Shown here: piece by piece, positions 49,204 to 55,211 of the stretch
Numbering within the stretch: the first letter of the stretch is position 1
Layout: the number at the start of each line of letters is the position of its first letter
From: Candidatus Eiseniibacteriota bacterium
GTDB lineage: Bacteria; Eisenbacteria; RBG-16-71-46
Assembly (NCBI GenBank): GCA_044222065.1
Contig: JBGAOA010000023.1
Coordinates: 1-55,211, forward strand
Reading direction: 5' to 3'
Length of the DNA: 55,211 nucleotides
Translations under genes and position numbers: made by a program
The notes under the pieces: generated by a model
What the model was told of the DNA's origin: nothing
The model's database searches: none
Seen by the model: only the letters and a program-made list of their open reading frames with translations

Positions 49204-49806
49204 TTGCGGCTCGTCACCCCGCTTCGCATCGCACTCGCCTTCCTCGCCGCGCTCGCGGCGCCCGCCAGCGCCCAGATCGTCAACGGTTCGTTCGAGCCCT
49301 CGTCCGCGATGGGCAACTACGCGGCCCTGCCGGGCGGCTCGACCGCGATCCCGGGCTGGGTCACGACCGACACCGGCGTCGAGTGGTACAAGCCCGCCGC
49401 CTTCGGTGACGTTGCGGCGCCGAACGGGCTCTACGTCGTGGACCTCGCGAACTACATCTTCTCGGCGGGCGGGATCCAGCAGACGATCCCGACGGTCGTC
49501 GGGCAGGCGTACGTGTTCCAGTTCTTCCTCGGTACGAACCAGCAGTCGGGCCGCGACGGAACGTGCGAGATCGTGGTGAGCGCGGCGGCGCAGTCGCAGA
49601 CGTTCACGCACGTGAACCACGCGACGCTCACGACCTGGGCGCTGCAGTCGTTCCCGTTCACCGCCACGTCGACCACGACGACGCTGTCGCTGCGCTGCCT
49701 GCAGAACGCGAACCTCCACTTCGCGCTCGTGGACGGCGGCGAGCTGCTGACGCCGCTGTCGGCGACGCCGGGCACCTGGGGCGCGATCAAGCGGCTCTAC
49801 CGCTAG
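49204..49806 (+). CDS. Secreted DUF642/choice-of-anchor-C-like jelly-roll protein with C-terminal TWGAIKRLYR tail
   Basis: TTG start after GGAGG; signal peptide; IVNGSFE..GSTAIPGW..VDL..GGIQQT..FTAT; C-terminus TPLSATPGTWGAIKRLYR*. Confidence 0.85.
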   Translation: MRLVTPLRIALAFLAALAAPASAQIVNGSFEPSSAMGNYAALPGGSTAIPGWVTTDTGVEWYKPAAFGDVAAPNGLYVVDLANYIFSAGGIQQTIPTVVGQAYVFQFFLGTNQQSGRDGTCEIVVSAAAQSQTFTHVNHATLTTWALQSFPFTATSTTTTLSLRCLQNANLHFALVDGGELLTPLSATPGTWGAIKRLYR

Positions 49807-49951
49807 GCGCGCGCGCCGCGACGCGCACTCCGGACTCGAAGCGCCGGCTCTCGGGCCGGCGCTTCGCGCTTGGAGCGCCCGAGCGCTGCGCTATACTGCC
49901 GCGCGTTCTCGGGCACGGATGCCCGGGCGCTCGATTGCACGGAGGCCTCTC

Positions 49952-51304
49952 CTGAGCAGCCTGCTCCTCCATTCCGGCACGCTCGTCACGATGGACCGTG
50001 CCTGGACCGTCCGGCGTGGCGACCTGCTGGCCGTGGACGGACGCATCGCCGCACTCGGCGACGTCGGGGCGGCGCTCGCGGGGCTTCCCGGCGGGCGCGC
50101 GGACGAGACGTTCGACGCGACCGGCTGCTTCGTCCTCCCGGGATTCGTGCACGGCCACCTGCACCTGTGCCAGACGCTGTTCCGCGGGCTCGCCGAACAG
50201 GCCGACCTGCTGCGCTGGCTGCGCGAGGCGATCTGGCCGCTCGAGGCGGCGCACACCGAAGCCTCGCTCGCGGCCTCCGCGCGGCTCGGGCTCGTCGAGC
50301 TGATCGCGGGCGGCGTCACGTGCGTGAACGACATGGCGACGGTGCGCCACACCGACGCGCTGGGCGAAGCGCTCGAAGCGAGCGGCGTGCGCGCGGTGTT
50401 CGGCAAGGCGCTCATGGACACGGGCGACGGTGTCCCCGATGCGCTGCGCGACCACGCGCGCACCGCGCTCGCCGAGGTCGAGTCGCTCGTGAAGCGCTGG
50501 CACGGCGCGGCGGCGGGACGCCTGCTCGTGTCGCTCGCGCCGCGCTTCATCCTGTCGTGCAGCGAGGGGCTGTGGCGCGACGTCGCGGCGCTGTCGAAGG
50601 CGCGCGGCCTGCTCGTCCACACGCACGTTTCGGAGAGCCCGACCGAGGGGCGCGAGGTCGAGGCCGCCGTGCAGCACACCGCGGCGCGCTACTTCGCGAC
50701 CCACGGCGTGCTGAGCGAGCGCTTCGTCGGCGCGCACGGCGTGTGGCTCGAGCCCGACGAACTCGCGCAGCTCAAGAACGCCGACGCGGCGCTCGTCCAT
50801 TGCCCGGGCTCGAACCTCAAGCTCGGCTCGGGCGTCGCGCACGTGCGCGCGTGGCGCGACCTCGGCCTGCGCTGCGGCCTCGGCTCGGACGGCGCGCCGT
50901 GCGGCAACCGCCTCGACACGTTCCACGAGATGAGCCTCGCCGCGGGGCTGAGCCGCGTCGTGAAGCCGACCGCGCACCTGTCCGCGCGCGACGTCGTCGC
51001 GCTCGCGACCTGCGACGGCGCGGCGGCGCTCGGCCTCGGCGCCGAGATCGGCTCGCTCGAGCCGGGCAAGCAAGCGGACGTGATCGCGATCGACCACGCG
51101 ACGCCGCACGCGGGGCCGAACGCCGGCGCCGATCCGTACGTCACGATCGTGCACGCGGCGCGCGCGGACGACGTGCGGCTCACCGCCGTGCAGGGCCGCG
51201 TGCTCTACCGCGACCGGCGCTGGTCCACGCTCGACCCCGAGCGCGTCGCGGCCGACGCGCGCGCCGAGGTGCAGGGCGTGCGGCGGAGGGCGAACCTCGC
51301 GTGA
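49952..51304 (+). CDS. Amidohydrolase, 5'-deoxyadenosine/MTA-SAH deaminase-like (probable CTG start; alternative ATG at 49919)
   Basis: PGFVHGHLH, HTHVSES, AHGVW, HCPGSNLKLGSG, GLGSDG, GSLEPGKQAD. Confidence 0.88.
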   Translation: MSSLLLHSGTLVTMDRAWTVRRGDLLAVDGRIAALGDVGAALAGLPGGRADETFDATGCFVLPGFVHGHLHLCQTLFRGLAEQADLLRWLREAIWPLEAAHTEASLAASARLGLVELIAGGVTCVNDMATVRHTDALGEALEASGVRAVFGKALMDTGDGVPDALRDHARTALAEVESLVKRWHGAAAGRLLVSLAPRFILSCSEGLWRDVAALSKARGLLVHTHVSESPTEGREVEAAVQHTAARYFATHGVLSERFVGAHGVWLEPDELAQLKNADAALVHCPGSNLKLGSGVAHVRAWRDLGLRCGLGSDGAPCGNRLDTFHEMSLAAGLSRVVKPTAHLSARDVVALATCDGAAALGLGAEIGSLEPGKQADVIAIDHATPHAGPNAGADPYVTIVHAARADDVRLTAVQGRVLYRDRRWSTLDPERVAADARAEVQGVRRRANLA

Positions 51305-52506
51305 TCATCGGACCGTGCACGATCGTGACCGGCGGCCCCGAGCCTCACGTGCTCGAGGACGGCGCGGTGCGCATCGTCGGCGCGCACGTCGCGCACGTCG
51401 GGCTCGCGGGCAACCTCGCGGCGACGTATCCGAACGAGACGCTGTGGGCCGCGCACGGGCGCGTTCTCGTGCCCGGCGTCGTGAACACGCACGCGCACCT
51501 CGCGCGCAGCCTCGCGCGCGGCCTCGGGCTGCGCACGCCCGCCGACTGGCGGCGCTACGACCACGCGCTCGCGCCCGAGGACGTGCAGTGGGCCGTGCGC
51601 GCCGCGCTCGCCGAAGGCCTGCGCCACGGCGTCACGACCGTGTGCGACTTCCACCGCTCCGACGCGTGCACCGAGCTGTCGCTCACCGAGGTGGTCGCCG
51701 CCGCGCGCGAAGTCGGCGTGCGCCTCGCGACCTGCTACGGCGTCTCGGAGCACGACACGCCGGCCGAACGCAAGGCCGCGCTGCACGAGAGCGCGACGTT
51801 CGCGCGCGAGATCGGCCGCCAGCGCGACGGTCGCTTCCAGGCGCTCATGGGCGTGCACGCGACGTCGCTCGCGGGGCTCGAGGCGCTGTCGGGCGCGGCG
51901 CTCGAGGCGGGGGGCGGGCGCGTCGGGCTGCACGTGGACCTCGCGCTCGACCTGACGCCCGCCGAGCGCTGGGGCGGACGGCTCGCGAAGGCAGGCCCCG
52001 CGACGCTGTGGGCGCACGCGGACACCGCGCCGCGCGATCTCGTGGACGCGGCGCGCGAGCGCGGCGACACGCTCGCCGCCGTGACGAGCGGCGCCGCCCC
52101 ACACGTGCGCGATGCCGAACTCGCGTGGGGCAGCGACAGCGCCGTCAACGCGCCGCCGCTCGGCGACGTGCCCGCCGCCTCGGGGCCGCGCGCCGAACTC
52201 CACTACCGCCGCCTGTTCGCGAACGGACCGCGCTGGGCGAGCGCGCTGTTCGGCGAGGGACTCGGCACGATCGCCCCCGGCGCCCCCGCGGATCTCGTGC
52301 TGCTCGACTACCGCCCCGCGACCGAACTCTCGTCGCGCACGATCGTCGAGCACCTGTTCACGGGGCTGCTGCGCGCGCCCGTCACGGGCGTGATGGTGTC
52401 GGGCGAGATCGTGATGAACGAGGGCCGGCTCACGAACGTGGACGAGGCCGAAGTCGCGAAGCGGGCGCGCGAGTGCGCGAAGCGGGTGTGGAAGAAGATG
52501 GGGTAG
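51301..52506 (+). CDS. Amidohydrolase, SsnA-like (divergent)
   Basis: GTGA overlap with the previous gene; PGVVNTHAHL, GVTTVCDFH, LHVD, WAHA, WGSD, GTIAPGAPADLV. Confidence 0.75.
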   Translation: MIIGPCTIVTGGPEPHVLEDGAVRIVGAHVAHVGLAGNLAATYPNETLWAAHGRVLVPGVVNTHAHLARSLARGLGLRTPADWRRYDHALAPEDVQWAVRAALAEGLRHGVTTVCDFHRSDACTELSLTEVVAAAREVGVRLATCYGVSEHDTPAERKAALHESATFAREIGRQRDGRFQALMGVHATSLAGLEALSGAALEAGGGRVGLHVDLALDLTPAERWGGRLAKAGPATLWAHADTAPRDLVDAARERGDTLAAVTSGAAPHVRDAELAWGSDSAVNAPPLGDVPAASGPRAELHYRRLFANGPRWASALFGEGLGTIAPGAPADLVLLDYRPATELSSRTIVEHLFTGLLRAPVTGVMVSGEIVMNEGRLTNVDEAEVAKRARECAKRVWKKMG

Positions 52507-52517
52507 GGGCGCCGCAC

Positions 52518-53352
52518 GTTCGCGCCGCGATCGCCGCGGCCGTCACAGTCGCGATCGCGACGCTCGCGGCCGTCGCCCTCGCGCTCCTCGCCGCGGGCTG
52601 TTCCCCGCGCGACTCCCGCGCGCCCGCCGCGGACTCGACGCGCGCCGTCGCTCGCGACACGCTGCCCGCGTTCGTGAATCCGGCCGATCAGCCGGAGCCG
52701 CGCGCCCGACGACCCGCCCGGCCCACGGATCGGGCGCGGCGATTCGCTGATCAACGCGCATCGCGCCGTGCTCGAGGAGTGGGCGGCGATGTGGCGCGCG
52801 GCGATCCCGGGATTCCGGCTCGATTCGTTGTGGAGGACCGGACGCGAGTCGTGGCGGCCGATCCTGGTCAACGGCGCTCCCGGCGCCGCGCCCGACGAGG
52901 ATCTCGCGAGCCCGCCGTGGGAAGACGCCGCGACGGCGGCGGCCTTCACCGTCACGTCGCCGAACGGGCGATTCGATCTCGAGATCGACACCTATCAGGC
53001 GATCGTGGAGTACGGCGACGAACTCGAGATCGGCGGGGAGCCCGACACGCGCGCGGCGATCTTCGACCGCCAAACGCGGACCGAATCGGTGCTCTCGTGT
53101 GGGGAACGATGGCCGGCAGCCACTGGGGCCGCTGGTTCGACGACGATCTTCGCGCTCGGCGGATGGGAGCGCTTCGGACTTCGGGCAATGGAAGCACGGC
53201 TGGCTCCACCTGTATTCCCTGCGCGATTCGTGCTCACGACCTACGTCGCGCCGACCGTCGCGGACACGGTCTACGTGCGCTACGAGGCCCGCTGGCACAC
53301 GTGGATCGAGCGGCGCTATTGGGCGGCGAAACGGCGGGCGAAGCCGGCGTGA
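52518..53352 (+). CDS. Hypothetical lipoprotein, apparently frameshifted (start codon not resolved)
   Basis: LALLAAG-C lipobox in one frame, globular part (VLEEWAAMW...) in another; further compensating shifts near 53100-53150. Confidence 0.5.
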
Positions 53353-53365
53353 GTGCCGCGCGTCG

Positions 53366-53701
53366 CTACCCCGCTCGAAGCCGTACTCGCGTTCGACCTT
53401 CGCGACGCGCACGCGGTAGCCGGCGTACCAGCGCTCGCGGCCCGCGCGCTGCGCTTCGAGGTGCCGCGCGACCTGCTTCCACGCGCGCGCCGAGGCTTCG
53501 TCCTTCCAGTACGTCGCCGAGATCCCGAAGCCCTCGGGCGTCCGCGCGCTCTCGATGCCGAGGAAGCCCGGCTGTTCGCGCGCGAGCGCTTCCATCTCGG
53601 CCGCCATCGCGCCGTAGCCGTCGTCGCCCGCGGTGCGCAGCGACGTGAAGATCACGGCGACGTACGGCGGCTCGGGCGTGCGCGATGCGGGCGTCGGACA
53701 T
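53366..53701 (-). CDS. Antibiotic biosynthesis monooxygenase (ABM) family protein, frameshifted near both ends
   Basis: TPEPPYVAVIFTS...QPGFLGIESAR...YW...WK...H..AQ..GRERWY..YRVRVAKVER; ATG 53701 and TAG 53366 lie in an adjacent frame. Confidence 0.8.
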   Translation of the reverse strand: MSDARIAHARAAVRRRDLHVAAHRGRRRLRRDGGRDGSARARTAGLPRHRERADARGLRDLGDVLEGRSLGARVEAGRAAPRSAARGPRALVRRLPRARREGRTRVRLRAG

Positions 53702-54046
53702 GCGCGGCACTCTAACGGGCCGTCCACGGATCGCCACCACGAACGCGTCGCGCCGCCACCCCGTCGCGCGCGCGTTTTTTCGCCGCCGTTACGCGCCCGA
53801 GCGATCCGCCGTCACACGCGGCGCGTATCGTGAGCCGCGTTGGGGAAGCGGCCGTGGCGTCCGGGTCCCAACCTCAGAGACCGTCCGACAGGTCCGGTCT
53901 CAACGCGCCCCGATGCAACGCATCCGCGCATCGCAGCGCCGCTTCCCGACCTTCGACGCCGCGCCCGTTGCCCCTTGCGGGCGCGCTGCGCCGGGTGCGC
54001 GCGCCCGCGCCTTGCCCTGCGGCGCGCCGCCCGGCCCCGAGCATCG

Positions 54047-54719
54047 TCAGTCGCGGACGCTGTGGATCTTGAACCGGCCCTTGCGCTCGGCGACCGAGCG
54101 GCGCTCGTGCTCCACTTCTCGATCTCGCCGCGGTCGTTCTTCACGACGAGCACGAGTCCGTCGTGCAGCGCGAAGTTGCGGAACGCGGCGGTCGTGTCGG
54201 TGCGCTCGAAGCGTACGAACTGCCACACGCGCCCGCCGAATTCGCCCACGGCGTCCGACGTTCCGCTGCGGAGCCGCAGCTCGAGGTGCGTCCACGCGTC
54301 GGTCCATTCGAGTCCGGTCGCGGGGCGGCTCTCCGGGAACTCGGGCCACAGGACGTCTCGGAACTCGTGGTCGCGAAGGCAGCACGCGAACAGCGAGTCG
54401 CGGTCCGAGTGGTGGAGCAGCCGGCACACGATGCGTCCGAGTTCGTCGAGGCTCTTCGCTCCGCCGTGGAATTCGCCTGCAGCACTTTACCGGCGCGGCG
54501 ATGCCGTCGCCCGTACACGACGGACAGCGACTCGGGATCCGCCGGCGCCGGTGTCCAGCCGGGCGAGGACTGCGTCGAGGTCGGGAGGCGGACCGGCTTC
54601 GACGCGGGCGGTGCGGCGGCGGCGCCGACGATGCCGGCCGGCGCCGCGGCGAGCGCCATGAAGAGGAGCGGCGCGGCGAAGCGCGCCCGAAGCGGGGTGA
54701 GCCGGATGCGCGCGCTCAC
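54047..54719 (-). CDS. Hypothetical secreted protein, multiply frameshifted
   Basis: Coherent pieces in three frames: signal-like N-terminus; EFRDVLWPEFPESRP...; RSVAERKGRFKIHSVRD*. Confidence 0.55.
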
Positions 54720-55211
54720 GAGCCGAACGACACGCCGACCGAGTACGAGGCGACGGCCGGTGCGGTAGCCGGACACTTCCTTCGCGCCCTGGAGCAGCTG
54801 CTGTTTCGGGTCCGTGAGGTTCTTCGCCGCGAGCCGCACGCGCCACGAGTGGAACACCGTCACGCCCGCGCTCGCATCGAGCGTCGTCGCGGGCTGCGCG
54901 TACACGTCGGGGAACGGGAACACGGCGAGCGTGCGCAGCCGTTTCCCGACCGCGTTCACCATCACCGCGACGTCCAGGCCCCGCCAGCCGCCGTATGCAG
55001 TCCGCGTTCACGAGGTAGTCCGCCTGGCCCTGCAGCGGGTGCTCTTCGCTGCCGAGCTTCGAGATCGCGGGCGGCAGCGTGACCTTCGACGAGATGAACG
55101 ATGCATTCGAGTTCAGGGAGAAGCCTCGCAGCGCCGGCGCAAAGCGCTCGAGCCCGACTCGAGCTTCCAGCTCGAGGCCCTGGTTGCGCCCGCCAGCGGA
55201 ATTGCGCGGCT
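54716..55211 (-). CDS. TonB-dependent receptor, C-terminal part (partial, frameshifted)
   Basis: NQGLELEAR, LNSNASFISS, PLQGQA, TTLDASAG, LAAKNLTDP, YRTGR: typical TBDR barrel-end motifs. Confidence 0.8.

Overview
A very GC-rich bacterial chromosomal segment with about 47 protein genes and no rRNA, tRNA, CRISPR array or transposase that I can see. Secreted proteins ending in either a FlgD-Ig/T9SS-A-like domain or a 'TWGxxKxLYR' tail suggest an FCB-related candidate lineage such as Ca. Eisenbacteria (inference). Recognisable genes: otsB-otsA, pepA, rlmD, asnB plus a GT4, a Lon variant, a PbpG-like S11 peptidase, DUF885, bshB1-like, an aroH-tyrA fusion, glgP, a boxB-like diiron protein, pabB-pabC, two amidohydrolases and a partial TonB-dependent receptor. 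Best leads: (1) an exported thioredoxin-TPR selenoprotein split by an in-frame UGA (WAPW-U-HTC) with a strong hairpin right after it; (2) three unrelated secreted proteins sharing a C-terminal [ST]WGx[VLI]KxLYR-stop tail, a candidate sorting signal; (3) a Tyr-rich leader-peptide attenuator ahead of the AroH-TyrA fusion; (4) three intergenic structured repeats with covarying stems; (5) a Lon lacking its N-domain, Walker B glutamate and pore-loop tyrosine but keeping the Ser-Lys dyad; (6) several sigma54-type promoters. Frameshifts near 22.6 kb and across the last ~2.7 kb look like sequencing or assembly indels.
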